64,000 bases of DNA from a virus: positions 6,786 to 70,785 of the IMG/VR virus record IMGVR_UViG_3300042332_001411; one strand, given 5' to 3'. Each line of letters opens with the position of its first letter. Within the stretch, counting starts at the first letter, position 1. This document shows positions 11,058-22,220 of this stretch, piece after piece. Both the position numbers and the translations under genes were made by a program. The notes below the pieces were generated by a model that was given only the letters and a program-made list of their open reading frames with translations, ran no database searches and was not told the origin of the DNA.

Positions 11058-11285
11058 GTGTCAGATAACAATCCTGTAGCAATAAATGAACCAACCAAAG
11101 TATCAGTAACATTGGGATATACGCTAAACCTTGGAAATTTTCAATCACTAAGGCTTGATCTTGGCGTAGTAGATAGTAGACGTGATGGGGAAAATACGGA
11201 TCAGGCTTTTGAAAGAGTTTATAAATTTGTTGAAGATAAATTAACTGATAAACTTAACGAAGCCAAAGCAGAAATAGACGTATAG
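11058..11285 (+). CDS. Hypothetical protein
   Basis: SD GAAAGGGG; TLNLGNFQSLRLD motif; coupled to the next gene. Confidence 0.6.
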   Translation: MSDNNPVAINEPTKVSVTLGYTLNLGNFQSLRLDLGVVDSRRDGENTDQAFERVYKFVEDKLTDKLNEAKAEIDV

Positions 11286-11593
11286 TGGCTGAACGCAAAG
11301 ACCGAATGGCTTTGCTAAGTAGGTACAATAAGTTGCATACGGCAAAGTATGAGCAAAAGGCATCGTTAAATTTAAATGTTGAGCAGTGGGCCTCTGACGC
11401 TTTAATAGAGTCCTACGGAATTGGACAGTGCTATGATTTACTTCAGTATTATTTTGATATTGCTCTGGCCCCTTCTTGGAATTATTTTGCATATAATGCA
11501 GAAAAAATACTTCAAGCAAAGTTAAATAAAATTAAAGATGATGAAGAACGTGAAGAGCGTAAAAGACTTGCAAAGGAGTGGTTAAGTGAATAA
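11285..11593 (+). CDS. Hypothetical protein (possible helicase accessory)
   Basis: Coupled ORF immediately before DnaB. Confidence 0.55.
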   Translation: MAERKDRMALLSRYNKLHTAKYEQKASLNLNVEQWASDALIESYGIGQCYDLLQYYFDIALAPSWNYFAYNAEKILQAKLNKIKDDEEREERKRLAKEWLSE

Positions 11594-12815
11594 CACAGAA
11601 TCTAAACTTATATCGGCACTTCTTAAAGATAAACAAATGCATGTTCTTTTGCAGGCTAATGTTGAAAATCTTTTAAAAACACATACAGACCTTTGGCTAT
11701 TTATAAGAAAATATTATGAGGCTAATACTGCGGTCCCTCCCGAGTCACTGGTTGTTGAAAAATTTAGAGATTTTCAAACAATAGAGAATGTTGGTGCAAC
11801 TAAATATCACTTAGAAGAATTGCAGGCAGAATATCTAACCGATAGTCTAAAAGATATTTTAAGATCTGCTGCAACTGATGTTCAGGGTGGGAATGGAGAC
11901 ATAGCCCTAACAGGATTGATTAATAAAACATCAGAGTTAAAAAAGAATGTTGCTGCAATTAGAGATATTGATGCCACAGATTTAGATTCTGCCGTTGCCT
12001 ATTTTACCAATGTGCAAAAAATGAAAGAACTAGGATCGGTTGGAATTAAAACAGGTTTGCCAGGATTTGACAACTACCTTCCATCTGGAATTATGCCAGG
12101 CCAACTTGGTGTTTTCCTTGCGTATCCAGGAATTGGCAAATCTTGGCTTGCTCTTTATTTTGCGGTACAAGCATGGAAACAAGGAAAGTCTCCACTAGTA
12201 ATAAGTTTAGAAATGTCAGAAGTAGAGGTTAGAAATCGTGTATACACCATTATGGGCCAAGGTGTTTGGTCACACAGAAAAATAAGCAATGGTGAAATTG
12301 AATTAGACATGCTAAAGTCATGGCATGAAAAAAACTTAGTTGGAAAACCAGAGTTTCACATTATTTCAAATGATAGCGGGGGAGAAGTAAATCCTTCAGT
12401 TGTTCGTGGAAAGATTGATCAGTATAAGCCAGATTTTGTTATTGTGGATTATTTGCAATTAATGTCTCCAAATCAAAAATCTGATAACGAAACAGTAAGA
12501 ATGAAAAATCTTTCAAGAGAGTTAAAACTTATGGCAATTGGTGAAGAGGTCCCTATTATTGCTATCTCATCAGCCACTCCTGATGATGTTACAAACCTCA
12601 ATACAGTACCAACATTAGGCCAGACTGCTTGGTCTAGACAGATTGCTTATGATGCAGATTGGGTGCTAGCGCTAGGCCGAGCAGCAAATAGTGATATTAT
12701 TGAATGTGCTTTTAGAAAAAATAGAAATGGTTTTATGGGAGAGTTTTTAGTTCAAGCAGATTTTGACAAAGGATACTATAAGTATAAAGATTTTGAGGAT
12801 TTAAGTGGCAAATAA
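11586..12815 (+). CDS. dnaB: Replicative DNA helicase
   Basis: Walker A AYPGIGKS; SLEMS; VIVDYLQLM; KNRNG. Confidence 0.95.
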   Translation: MNNTESKLISALLKDKQMHVLLQANVENLLKTHTDLWLFIRKYYEANTAVPPESLVVEKFRDFQTIENVGATKYHLEELQAEYLTDSLKDILRSAATDVQGGNGDIALTGLINKTSELKKNVAAIRDIDATDLDSAVAYFTNVQKMKELGSVGIKTGLPGFDNYLPSGIMPGQLGVFLAYPGIGKSWLALYFAVQAWKQGKSPLVISLEMSEVEVRNRVYTIMGQGVWSHRKISNGEIELDMLKSWHEKNLVGKPEFHIISNDSGGEVNPSVVRGKIDQYKPDFVIVDYLQLMSPNQKSDNETVRMKNLSRELKLMAIGEEVPIIAISSATPDDVTNLNTVPTLGQTAWSRQIAYDADWVLALGRAANSDIIECAFRKNRNGFMGEFLVQADFDKGYYKYKDFEDLSGK

Positions 12816-13737
12816 TAAAATAGATTTATATAGCGAAGATCAAGTAAAAAGAGTGTTAGACGGATCTGGCATTAATATAGAGTCAGAAATGGATAATGAC
12901 TTTATGATATTTTGTCCATATCATAACAACTTTAGGACTCCTGCAGGGGAAGTGTCAAAAACAAGAGGAACCTTTTTTTGCTTTTCTTGTCAAGAAACCA
13001 AAGACTTAGTTGAATTAGTAATGACTGCCACAAATAGAACTTATTTTGAAGCGGTTAGATTTATTGCAAGCAAAGGGAAAGAAACAAACATTGAACAATT
13101 TGTTAATAAAGCCCTTGTAGATGTTCCAGATTATGTTGCTTTTGATGAATTAATTATTAAAAGATTGAATAATCATGCATTGATTTCACCAAGGGCTATG
13201 TCTTATTATGAAAGTAGAAAAATAACAAAAGAATCAATTGTTAAATTTAACTTAGGCTATTCGGAAAAACAAGATATGGTTACTGTTCCAGTTCATTCAC
13301 CAGACGGATTAGCAGTTGGTTTTGTTGGAAGATCTATTGAAGGCAAAGATTTTAAAAATACCCCAAAACTTCCAAAAGCAAAGACACTTTTTAATCTTCA
13401 TAAAGTAAAAGCATCAGAAAAAGTTTATGTGGTAGAATCCTCTTTTGATGCAATTAGACTAGACCAAGTTGGCTTTGCTGCAGTTGCTACCCTAGGGGCT
13501 AATGTATCAAATACACAAATAGATTTGCTTCAAAAATATTTCAATAACATTATTGTTATTGCAGATAATGATGAAGCAGGGGGGAACATGAAAGAGAGAA
13601 TAGTTGAAAAATTAAAATCTCGTGTCTCCGTAATACAACTTAATATAGAATATAAAGACATAGGCGATATGGATGATAATGCAATCAGAAATTTAGAATT
13701 TCAGTTTGACAAATCTATATCGCTTATGCTAAACTAA
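12805..13737 (+). CDS. dnaG: DNA primase
   Basis: CHC2 zinc finger (CPYH..CFSC); TOPRIM (VVESSFDA, ADNDEAG). Confidence 0.93.
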   Translation: MANNKIDLYSEDQVKRVLDGSGINIESEMDNDFMIFCPYHNNFRTPAGEVSKTRGTFFCFSCQETKDLVELVMTATNRTYFEAVRFIASKGKETNIEQFVNKALVDVPDYVAFDELIIKRLNNHALISPRAMSYYESRKITKESIVKFNLGYSEKQDMVTVPVHSPDGLAVGFVGRSIEGKDFKNTPKLPKAKTLFNLHKVKASEKVYVVESSFDAIRLDQVGFAAVATLGANVSNTQIDLLQKYFNNIIVIADNDEAGGNMKERIVEKLKSRVSVIQLNIEYKDIGDMDDNAIRNLEFQFDKSISLMLN

Positions 13738-13763
13738 ATACACAAAACACAAAGGAGAAACAT

Positions 13764-14414
13764 ATGAGCGTTATTAAGGGACTAAAAAATATCAACGCCC
13801 TGCTCGACAAACCAAAATCAGATACACCAAAAGTTCGTTGGCTTAAATTGGCTGATGGACAATCAGTTAAAATTCGTTTTATAGAAGAACTAGATGAGGA
13901 TTCTGCAAGTTATAATGCAGATCGTGGTCTTGCTCTTGTTGTAAAAGAACATGTTAATCCAAAAGATTACAAGCGCAAGGCTGTAGACACGATGGATTCC
14001 GAAGGCCGTGACTGGGCAGAAGAGATGCACAGAAAAGATCCAAAGGCTGGCTGGAGAGCACGCCTTCGTTTTTATTGCAACGTTTTAGTAGATGATGGTA
14101 TTGAACCACCATACGTAGCAATTTGGTCAATGGGTGTTAGCAAGCAGTCATCATTTAATACAATTCGTGAGTTTGCTTTAGAAACAGGAAGCATCTCAAA
14201 CCTAACTTGGAAACTTAAACGTAATGGACAAAGTACAGAAACTAGTTATACTATGATTCCGTCTGCTCCAGATAAAGAACCATTTAATTGGGAAGGGCTA
14301 GCACCTTATCCACTTGAGATGGCTTTACGTCGGATTCCATATGCAGAGCAAGAAAGTTTTTATCTTGGCTTTGATTCACCATCAGTAACTTCAGCAACAA
14401 ATACTGATTGGTAG
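13764..14414 (+). CDS. Single-stranded DNA-binding protein (gp32-like)
   Basis: Between primase and polymerase; KLKRNG..TETSY motif; short C-terminal tail ending DW. Confidence 0.65.
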   Translation: MSVIKGLKNINALLDKPKSDTPKVRWLKLADGQSVKIRFIEELDEDSASYNADRGLALVVKEHVNPKDYKRKAVDTMDSEGRDWAEEMHRKDPKAGWRARLRFYCNVLVDDGIEPPYVAIWSMGVSKQSSFNTIREFALETGSISNLTWKLKRNGQSTETSYTMIPSAPDKEPFNWEGLAPYPLEMALRRIPYAEQESFYLGFDSPSVTSATNTDW

Positions 14415-14415
14415 T

Positions 14416-17400
14416 ATGAATTACGTAGGACTACACGTACATACACACTATTCGTTAATGGATGGTGTTGCTACGCCAGAAGAATATTTAGAACGTGCCG
14501 TGACTCTTGGTATGCCAGCACTGGCAATCACGGATCATGGCACTCTATCTGGGCATCGTGAGTTCTATCGCATTGCAAAAGAAAAAGGGATAAAACCAAT
14601 TCTTGGCATAGAAGGCTATATGTGTGCTGACCGCTTTGACAAAAGAGACAGGGCGGAAAGAAAAGATCCACTAGATAATGTATACAATCATATAGTTCTT
14701 CTAGCCAAGAATAAGCAAGGTTTAGAAAATCTTAACAAAATTAACGAAATTGCATGGACTGAAGGTTACTTTAGAAAACCAAGGTTTGATTTTGAAACAT
14801 TGGAAAAATACAAAGAAGGAATTATTGTTACGTCAGGATGTTTAAGTGGAATTGTTACCAAGGCAGTAGAACTTGAAGAATTTGCAAAAGCCAAAAAATA
14901 TATAAAATGGTTTAAAGATACATTTAAAGATGACTATTACATTGAGGTGATGCCACATAACCCGCAACAAGTAAATATGCATTTAATGGATTTGGCAGAT
15001 GAGTTTGGCATTAAGATTGTTGTTACCCCAGATTGTCATCATTCAGATAAAAGTCAAAAAGAAATACAAGAGTTAAAATTAATTTTAAATACTCATGCAA
15101 AATTAGAAAAAAATGTTACTTATGAAAAATCCAAAAAATATAATGACATGATGACAAAACTTGATTATTTGTATGGCAAAGACAGACAAATGAGTTTTAA
15201 CAAGTTTAACATTCACTTGCTAAGTGGAACAGAAATGTTAGAAGAAATGCAAAAACAAATGTTTACAAGAACAGACATGTTTGATTCAACTATTGAAATT
15301 ATGAATAAAATAGAAGACTATGACATTAAAGAACATTTAAATTTATTGCCAGTTCAATATAAAAATCCAGATCAGGAGTTGGCAAATTTGGCATTTGCTG
15401 GATTAGAAGAAAAACGTTTAACTAGTAGTTGGCTTGGTAATGATATATATGAACAAAGACTTGATGAAGAACTATCAATTATTAGAGATAAAAAATTTGC
15501 TCCCTATTTTCTTGTTGTAAGCAACATGATTAATTGGGCAAAAAAAGAAAGCATTAGAGTTGGTCCAGGTCGTGGATCTTCTGCTGGCTCTTTACTTTGT
15601 TATTTAATTGGAATTACAGAAATTGATCCAATAGAGCATGGGCTTTTATTCTTTCGATTTATCAATCCAGAACGTAATGACTTTCCAGATATTGACACAG
15701 ATATTCAAGATTCTAGAAGAGAAGAAGTAAAAGATTATCTTGTTAGACAATACAGGCATGTGGCTTCTATTGCAACATTTTTAGAATTTACAGGAAAAGG
15801 AATTGTTCGTGATGTTTCTAGAGTTCTTAATATTCCATTATCAGATGTAAACAAAATTTTAAAAACAGTAGATACCTGGGATGATTTTTGTAACTCTAGA
15901 TCTACATTAGAGTTTAGAGAGAAGTATCCAGAAGTAGAAGTTTACGGAGAACAATTGCGTGGGCGCATTAGGGGCACTGGAATTCATGCTGCCGGAATTG
16001 TTACTAGCAAAGAGCCAATTTTTAAACATGCTCCATTAGAAACAAGATCTTCTCCAGGATCAGAAAATCGCATACCAGTTGTTGGGGTAGATATGGAAGA
16101 AGCAGAAAAAATAGGCTTAATTAAAATTGATGCCCTAGGACTAAAAACTTTAAGTGTTTTAGATGACACTATTAAGATGATTGAAAAAAATCATTTTGTT
16201 AAAATTAATCCACTTGAGATAGACATGGAAGATTCTAAGGTGTATGAAATGATTTCAGATGGGCATACTAAAGGAATTTTTCAATGCGAAGCAACACCCT
16301 ACACTAACTTAATTGTTAAAATGGGGGTAAAAAATCTTAATGAATTAGCAGCATCAAATGCTCTTGTTAGGCCAGGAGCAATGAACACTATCGGAAAAGA
16401 CTATGTTGCAAGAAAACATGGAAAACAGGCTGTATCATATTTACATCAGATATTAAAACCTTACACGGAGGATACTTATGGCTGCATTCTTTATCAAGAG
16501 CAAGTTATGCAAGCATGCGTACACCTTGGACAAATGTCAATGTCTGAAGCCGATAAAGTCAGAAAAATTATTGGAAAAAAGAAAGACGCCAAAGAGTTCG
16601 ACATTTATAAAGAACGTTTTATTACTGGTGCTTCTGCCTATATTACTCCCAATCAGGCTCGTGATTTATGGCATGACTTTGAGGCGCATGCGGGATACTC
16701 GTTCAATAAGAGCCATGCAGTCGCTTACTCTACTCTCTCGTATTGGACGGCGTGGCTAAAATATTACTACCCTCTTGAGTTTATGTTTGCATTATTAAAA
16801 AATGAAAAAAATCCTGACAATAGAACTGAATATTTAATTGAAGCAAAACGCATGGGTATTCCTATTAAACTTCCACATATTAATGATTCTGGTAAAGACT
16901 TTCAAATTGAAGGAAAAGGAATTCGATTTGGGTTAACTGCAATTAAATATATATCAGATAAAATAGCAGACAAATATATTGCTGCAAGACCTTTTAAAAC
17001 CTATAAAGATGTAGAAGACTTCACTTTTACTAAAGGTAACGGGGTAAACAGTCGTGCATTAGCAGCAATGAACGCCGTTGGATCATTGACATTTTTAGAC
17101 AATCCCCGTAATGATAATCAAATAAAAGAAAATTTATACGAATATTTAAATTTGCCAGAGTTTAATATTAATATTCCATCTCACTATCATGCCTTTATTC
17201 AGCAAGTTGACGAATTTGAAGAAAAGGGTTCTTTTATTTTAATGGGTATGGTTAAAACAATTAAAAGAGGAAAGGGATGGTCACGAGTTGAAATTCTTGA
17301 CAAAACTGGGAGTGTTGGTATATTTGATGAAGAAGGAACGACTATTGAGACGGGTCGTACTTACTTGGTTCTTGCTAATGACAATAGGATTATATCTTCA

Positions 17401-17700
17401 GTTCCTATTGATGAAATAAAACAATCTTCTAGTGCTCTTGTTAAATTTTTAAGTTATAAACAGTTGCCATTTAAAGATGAAGAAATGTTTGTTGTTGCAT
17501 TTAAATCAAGGACAACTAAGCAGGGAAAAAAAATGGCTTCAATGACATTAGCAAACACGTCTAGAGAATTAAAATCTATTCTTGTGTTTCCTACATCTTT
17601 TGCTAAAGCCTATATGAATATTAAAGAGGGAAATTCTTATAAGTTTGTTTTTGGAAAAACAAAAGATGGAACTGTTACGTTAGAAGATGTACTTATTTAA
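14416..17700 (+). CDS. dnaE: DNA polymerase III alpha subunit
   Basis: PHP domain (LHVHTHYSLMDG, AITDHG); GRGSSAGS; PDIDTD; FNKSHAVAY. Confidence 0.97.
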   Translation: MNYVGLHVHTHYSLMDGVATPEEYLERAVTLGMPALAITDHGTLSGHREFYRIAKEKGIKPILGIEGYMCADRFDKRDRAERKDPLDNVYNHIVLLAKNKQGLENLNKINEIAWTEGYFRKPRFDFETLEKYKEGIIVTSGCLSGIVTKAVELEEFAKAKKYIKWFKDTFKDDYYIEVMPHNPQQVNMHLMDLADEFGIKIVVTPDCHHSDKSQKEIQELKLILNTHAKLEKNVTYEKSKKYNDMMTKLDYLYGKDRQMSFNKFNIHLLSGTEMLEEMQKQMFTRTDMFDSTIEIMNKIEDYDIKEHLNLLPVQYKNPDQELANLAFAGLEEKRLTSSWLGNDIYEQRLDEELSIIRDKKFAPYFLVVSNMINWAKKESIRVGPGRGSSAGSLLCYLIGITEIDPIEHGLLFFRFINPERNDFPDIDTDIQDSRREEVKDYLVRQYRHVASIATFLEFTGKGIVRDVSRVLNIPLSDVNKILKTVDTWDDFCNSRSTLEFREKYPEVEVYGEQLRGRIRGTGIHAAGIVTSKEPIFKHAPLETRSSPGSENRIPVVGVDMEEAEKIGLIKIDALGLKTLSVLDDTIKMIEKNHFVKINPLEIDMEDSKVYEMISDGHTKGIFQCEATPYTNLIVKMGVKNLNELAASNALVRPGAMNTIGKDYVARKHGKQAVSYLHQILKPYTEDTYGCILYQEQVMQACVHLGQMSMSEADKVRKIIGKKKDAKEFDIYKERFITGASAYITPNQARDLWHDFEAHAGYSFNKSHAVAYSTLSYWTAWLKYYYPLEFMFALLKNEKNPDNRTEYLIEAKRMGIPIKLPHINDSGKDFQIEGKGIRFGLTAIKYISDKIADKYIAARPFKTYKDVEDFTFTKGNGVNSRALAAMNAVGSLTFLDNPRNDNQIKENLYEYLNLPEFNINIPSHYHAFIQQVDEFEEKGSFILMGMVKTIKRGKGWSRVEILDKTGSVGIFDEEGTTIETGRTYLVLANDNRIISSVPIDEIKQSSSALVKFLSYKQLPFKDEEMFVVAFKSRTTKQGKKMASMTLANTSRELKSILVFPTSFAKAYMNIKEGNSYKFVFGKTKDGTVTLEDVLI

Positions 17701-17703
17701 AAT

Positions 17704-18744
17704 ATGGAAAAGGAAAAAATAAAAATGACAATGACGATAGAAGATGTACTAGCGCAACTAGATCCTAAGTTACGTAAGACTGTAATGGCTGGAGATACAA
17801 TACCCGCAACAGAATATGCTGCAACTCCCAGTTTTGGTTTAAATAAAGCATTAAGCGGTGGGCTGCCATACGGAAGACAAGTTTTAATTTGGGGAAGTAA
17901 GTCAAGCGCTAAATCTTCTTTATGTTTGCAAACAGTAGCACTTGCACAAAAAGAAGGAAAGGTATGTGCTTGGATAGATGCCGAAATGTCATATGATAAA
18001 AATTGGGCTGAAAAACTTGGCGTAGACACATCAAAACTTATTGTTTCTCAATGTCGTACAATAAATGAAATGGTAGATATTGGAACTAACTTAATGAACG
18101 CAGGAGTAGATTTAGTTGTTGTTGACTCCATTACTTCTCTCCTTCCAGCAATATATTTTGAAAAGGATTCTACTGAATTAAAACAATTAGAGAATACAAA
18201 ACAAATTGGTGCAGAGGCAAGAGACTTTAGCAATGCTTGGAAAATGATTAACTATGCTAACAATAAAATTAAACCAACACTGTTTGTTTTAATTAGTCAG
18301 TCTAGAAATAATATTAATGCAATGTATACTAGCCAACAGCCTACTGGCGGACAAGCCACTAAATTTTATTCTTCAACGATCATCAAACTGTTTTCTTCAG
18401 AATCAGACAATCAAGCAATTAAAGGGAAGATTTCTGTAGGTGATAAATTGATTGAAGAAAAGATTGGTCGCAAGATTAGATGGGACTTACAGTTTTCAAA
18501 AACAAGTCCAGGATTTCAATCTGGAGAATATGACTTTTACTTTAGGGGGAATTCGGTTGGAGTTGACAGTGTTGCTGATCTTATTGATACTGCTGAATTG
18601 ATGGGGATAGTAGAGCGCACAGGGGCCTGGTACCTATTACCAGATGGATCAAAGGTGCAGGGAAGAGAAGGTTTTATTAATAAGGTTAGAGAAGACAAAG
18701 AATTATTTGCAGACATTTTAAATAAGGTTAAACAGTTTGGATAA
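17704..18744 (+). CDS. recA: RecA-like recombinase
   Basis: GGLPYGR; GSKSSAKS; WIDAE; VVVDSI; PTGGQATKFYSS. Confidence 0.93.
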   Translation: MEKEKIKMTMTIEDVLAQLDPKLRKTVMAGDTIPATEYAATPSFGLNKALSGGLPYGRQVLIWGSKSSAKSSLCLQTVALAQKEGKVCAWIDAEMSYDKNWAEKLGVDTSKLIVSQCRTINEMVDIGTNLMNAGVDLVVVDSITSLLPAIYFEKDSTELKQLENTKQIGAEARDFSNAWKMINYANNKIKPTLFVLISQSRNNINAMYTSQQPTGGQATKFYSSTIIKLFSSESDNQAIKGKISVGDKLIEEKIGRKIRWDLQFSKTSPGFQSGEYDFYFRGNSVGVDSVADLIDTAELMGIVERTGAWYLLPDGSKVQGREGFINKVREDKELFADILNKVKQFG

Positions 18745-18916
18745 ACAGTATTCGGTATATCCTGGCAAATTTTTATGTAAGACCTGCAACGAAGAAGTAA
18801 CATCTATGAGGCTATTTCCAGAAACAACAGAGTGTACTTGGATGTGTAGTAAAAAACACTTATCAAGAATGACCCTGGTAAAGCAAACAAGTTATACAAA
18901 GAGGGGTAGGGTATAA
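18737..18916 (+). CDS. Small Cys/His zinc-binding protein (not in the ORF track)
   Basis: TTG start overlapping the recA end; MDKQYSVYPGKFLCKTC...WMCSKKH; 59 aa. Confidence 0.55.
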   Translation: MDKQYSVYPGKFLCKTCNEEVTSMRLFPETTECTWMCSKKHLSRMTLVKQTSYTKRGRV

Positions 18917-18923
18917 TATTATC

Positions 18924-19592
18924 ATGACTACTTTCCCACCCTTAGATGAATTTCCTGAATATAAAAAATTACGCACATCTCAAGACCCTATATCTGATCA
19001 AGATTTTATTCCAGTGCTAGTAGATAATGTTTTTACTGATGAAGAACTAAAAAATATATTACAAACAGTTAAATGGTTTCCTTTAGAAAAAATTAGAATT
19101 CAAAAGTGGGGTGGCCAAGGAGTTTTAGATCATATAACAATTTCAGACAGTGTACTTGCAAAAATACAAAAATTAGCATCAGAAGCGTGTAATAAAGAAT
19201 TGGTTATTGCAGAACATTCTGTTGTTAAATATTCTCCTAAATATGGATATGAGGTTAAACTATTTCCACATTATGACACAAGGCTGGATGAAATGTTTGT
19301 CTTTGATATTCAATTAAAAACAAACGAGGATTGGGGAATAATTGTTGAAGGCAAACAGTTTAATCTTTTAGATAACCAGGCTTTATTATTTTCTGGTACC
19401 CAACAGATGCATTGGCGAGAAGACAAAAAATTGCAAGATGGCTCAGAAATTATAATGATGTTTTGCTGGCTTAAGCATAAAATTTCAAAACCTATATCTG
19501 AAAATCAATCAATGATTATGCTTGAAAGACAAAAAGTTCTTCAAAAAGAAACAAATATACTAAGTGACGAAACTTTAAGGAAAGGGGTATAA
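18924..19592 (+). CDS. 2OG-Fe(II) oxygenase-like protein, family A
   Basis: PHYD...WGIIVEG...HWR (HxD...H triad). Confidence 0.75.
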   Translation: MTTFPPLDEFPEYKKLRTSQDPISDQDFIPVLVDNVFTDEELKNILQTVKWFPLEKIRIQKWGGQGVLDHITISDSVLAKIQKLASEACNKELVIAEHSVVKYSPKYGYEVKLFPHYDTRLDEMFVFDIQLKTNEDWGIIVEGKQFNLLDNQALLFSGTQQMHWREDKKLQDGSEIIMMFCWLKHKISKPISENQSMIMLERQKVLQKETNILSDETLRKGV

Positions 19593-19599
19593 GATTAAT

Positions 19600-20934
19600 A
19601 TGAATAATTTTCCAGACTACTCTAAATTGCCAGAATATAAAAAATTAAGAGAAGAACAAAAAGCAAATAATCAAATTTTAAATGATGAAGATTTACCGCC
19701 TTTTATTTTTAATAATTTTCTATCTTTAGATGAATTATCATATATTCAAAATTTACTTAACAATGCTTCAGAAGATAAACTTGTTCTTAAAACTTGGGGT
19801 GGTCAAGGAGGATTTAATGCTCTAAAAAATGATCCGATATTTGATTTAATTTATAAAAGAATTAAACAATTTTCTAGCGATGCCTACGGAGAAGAATTAG
19901 AACTTCAGGATTTTCAATTTGCAAAATATACTTCTGATTTTGGGTATGAAGTAAAATTACCTCCTCATTATGACTCAAGGTCTAAAGAAACACTTGTTTT
20001 TGATCTTCAAATAGCAGCAAATCATAAGTGGGATATTATTGTAGAAGGAAAAGGGTATGATCTAAAAGACGGGCAGGCAATTTTATTTGGCGGAACTAAC
20101 CAGATACATTGGCGAGAAAATAAAAAAATAAAATCAGGAGAAGAAACAATTTTACTTTTTGCTTTTTTAACTCATAAAAAACAAAGAGAGTTTAGCAATG
20201 ATAGTTCCATCATTATGCAAAAACGTAAAGCGTTATTAGAAAAAGAAACACAAATAAACGATATTCCAATAAAAATAGAAAACCATAAAAATTTTAGCGT
20301 TGAAGAAAGATCACCACTAACACATAGCGGAAGATACGGCAATATTTTTCCAAAAGACGAAATTGATTTAATTTATGAAACAATAGATCTAAACTCTGAT
20401 AATAGGACAACACAGGTTAAAATTTATGGCCAAAAAGTTTGGTTTATAGATCTTCCAGAAAAAATAAAAGATAGAGTCACACATCAAATGAAAATTATTC
20501 ATAATCAAAATGTAAAATTAGAAGAAATTTCTTTTGCGAGGTATTCTAAAGAATACTCAGACATACCAGTATTAACCCCACACTATGACAACACATTTAC
20601 GCATCCGAGGGTTACCTTAGATGTACAATTAAGGGCTAATATTGATTGGCCTATTGTTGTGGAAGGTCATGAGATTATCCTTAGCAACAACATGGCTGCT
20701 GCTTTTTCTGGAACACACCAAGTTCATTGGAGAAAGCCATTAGAATTCAAAGATGGGGATTTTGTAGAAATGTTGTTTTGTCATTTTTCTTTAGAGGATA
20801 GCCTGCCAATAACTTTAGATGAAAAACAAAAAATAGAATCAAACATGATGAGATTTTCAAATAAATTTTCTGTTGATTTAATGAAAGAAAATTTAGATTT
20901 AAAACAAGCAATAAAGAGGTATAGTAATGAGTGA
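19600..20934 (+). CDS. Two-domain 2OG-Fe(II) oxygenase-like protein, family A
   Basis: Two PHYD...HWR domains. Confidence 0.75.
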   Translation: MNNFPDYSKLPEYKKLREEQKANNQILNDEDLPPFIFNNFLSLDELSYIQNLLNNASEDKLVLKTWGGQGGFNALKNDPIFDLIYKRIKQFSSDAYGEELELQDFQFAKYTSDFGYEVKLPPHYDSRSKETLVFDLQIAANHKWDIIVEGKGYDLKDGQAILFGGTNQIHWRENKKIKSGEETILLFAFLTHKKQREFSNDSSIIMQKRKALLEKETQINDIPIKIENHKNFSVEERSPLTHSGRYGNIFPKDEIDLIYETIDLNSDNRTTQVKIYGQKVWFIDLPEKIKDRVTHQMKIIHNQNVKLEEISFARYSKEYSDIPVLTPHYDNTFTHPRVTLDVQLRANIDWPIVVEGHEIILSNNMAAAFSGTHQVHWRKPLEFKDGDFVEMLFCHFSLEDSLPITLDEKQKIESNMMRFSNKFSVDLMKENLDLKQAIKRYSNE

Positions 20935-21217
20935 AAAAAATGAAATAAAAAGAATTAGTGCTATTCCTCATAAAAATTCTGGCAGAGGAAATAAAAAAGG
21001 AGATGCTACCTGGAAATCTTTTGTAGTTGACATAAAGGAAGCAAAAAAATCTTTTACGTTAAATGAAAATGTTTGGGCAAAAATAACAACAGATGCCATT
21101 AAGTCTGGAGTTGATAAATCTCCAGCACTAATAATAGTGTTGGGCGATGGGCCTAAAAAAACACGATTGCTAGTTGCTGAACTATCGGTTATTGAAGATT
21201 TGGTAGATAGGGTATAA
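20927..21217 (+). CDS. Holliday junction resolvase-like PD-(D/E)XK nuclease
   Basis: NSGRG..KGDA....VDIKE motif. Confidence 0.7.
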   Translation: MSEKNEIKRISAIPHKNSGRGNKKGDATWKSFVVDIKEAKKSFTLNENVWAKITTDAIKSGVDKSPALIIVLGDGPKKTRLLVAELSVIEDLVDRV

Positions 21218-21224
21218 TTTTAAT

Positions 21225-21905
21225 ATGAATACTAATTGCGGAATTGTAAAAAATTTTTTTACAAGAGAAGAAGAAGAAGAACTTAGACTCCTAGTTGAAA
21301 CAAATAGAATGCTAACTCCTGGAGTAAGCAGATACTCCCCTATGACAATTGAGAGCATGTCAAGAGTACAGATTGAGTTTGATGCTCCAAACAACATTGT
21401 AGAAAAATTAAAAAATCTTGCTTTAGAATATGTTAATGACCCAGACTTGGAGTTAACTCATTATCAATATTTAGATTATTATGGTAAATACGGTAATGGA
21501 AATTCCCCAAACCTTCCCCCGCACTTAGACACAGAAAATTACTATACAAAGGTTAGCATTGATTATCAAATGTCAAGCAATATAGACTGGGCCATTGTTG
21601 TAGAAGGGCAAGAATTTTTTCTAAAAGATAATGAAGTCTTGGTTTTTGAAGCAGCAGACAGAATACATTGGAGATCGCCAATTAAACTAAAAGAAAATGA
21701 CAGATGTGAAGTAATTGTGTTTCATTTTTCCAATAAACATGACCATAAACCTTATGCAGAAAAACAAATGTCTCCAATAGAAAGAGAATTTATTATGGCA
21801 AAACATAACAATATGCCAAGAATGATTAAGTATAGAGAGCAATTTTTTGAACAACTAGAAAAACTGAAAAGAGGAAAAGATGGAGCCAGTAAAAACAACG
21901 CTTGA
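21225..21905 (+). CDS. 2OG-Fe(II) oxygenase-like protein, family A
   Basis: PHLD...IDYQ...WAIVVEG...HWR. Confidence 0.75.
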   Translation: MNTNCGIVKNFFTREEEEELRLLVETNRMLTPGVSRYSPMTIESMSRVQIEFDAPNNIVEKLKNLALEYVNDPDLELTHYQYLDYYGKYGNGNSPNLPPHLDTENYYTKVSIDYQMSSNIDWAIVVEGQEFFLKDNEVLVFEAADRIHWRSPIKLKENDRCEVIVFHFSNKHDHKPYAEKQMSPIEREFIMAKHNNMPRMIKYREQFFEQLEKLKRGKDGASKNNA

Positions 21906-22185
21906 AAGCATTAATGGTTTAGCAGAAATTGCAGAATATATGGACGATGAAGAACTTACAACTTCATTAGAAATGATTGCTAAATTAATTATCAGGCCAG
22001 ATATCCCAATTGCAGTTGCTACTGTAGAAATAGTTAGATTGCAAGCAATTGCAGGAAAATTATCTTTAAAGGCAACCTGGATGGCCAATGTGGATAAAAG
22101 TAACAGGGCTAAGAAAAATATATACTACACTGCAGCAGAGTCAGTAAACAATTTAGTATCTGCTCTTAAATACATAGCACGCTGA
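21880..22185 (+). CDS. Hypothetical helical protein
   Basis: SD GAGG; replication-module context. Confidence 0.6.
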   Translation: MEPVKTTLESINGLAEIAEYMDDEELTTSLEMIAKLIIRPDIPIAVATVEIVRLQAIAGKLSLKATWMANVDKSNRAKKNIYYTAAESVNNLVSALKYIAR

Positions 22186-22220
22186 TAACTGATATACTAA
22201 ACACTAACGAAAAGAGATAT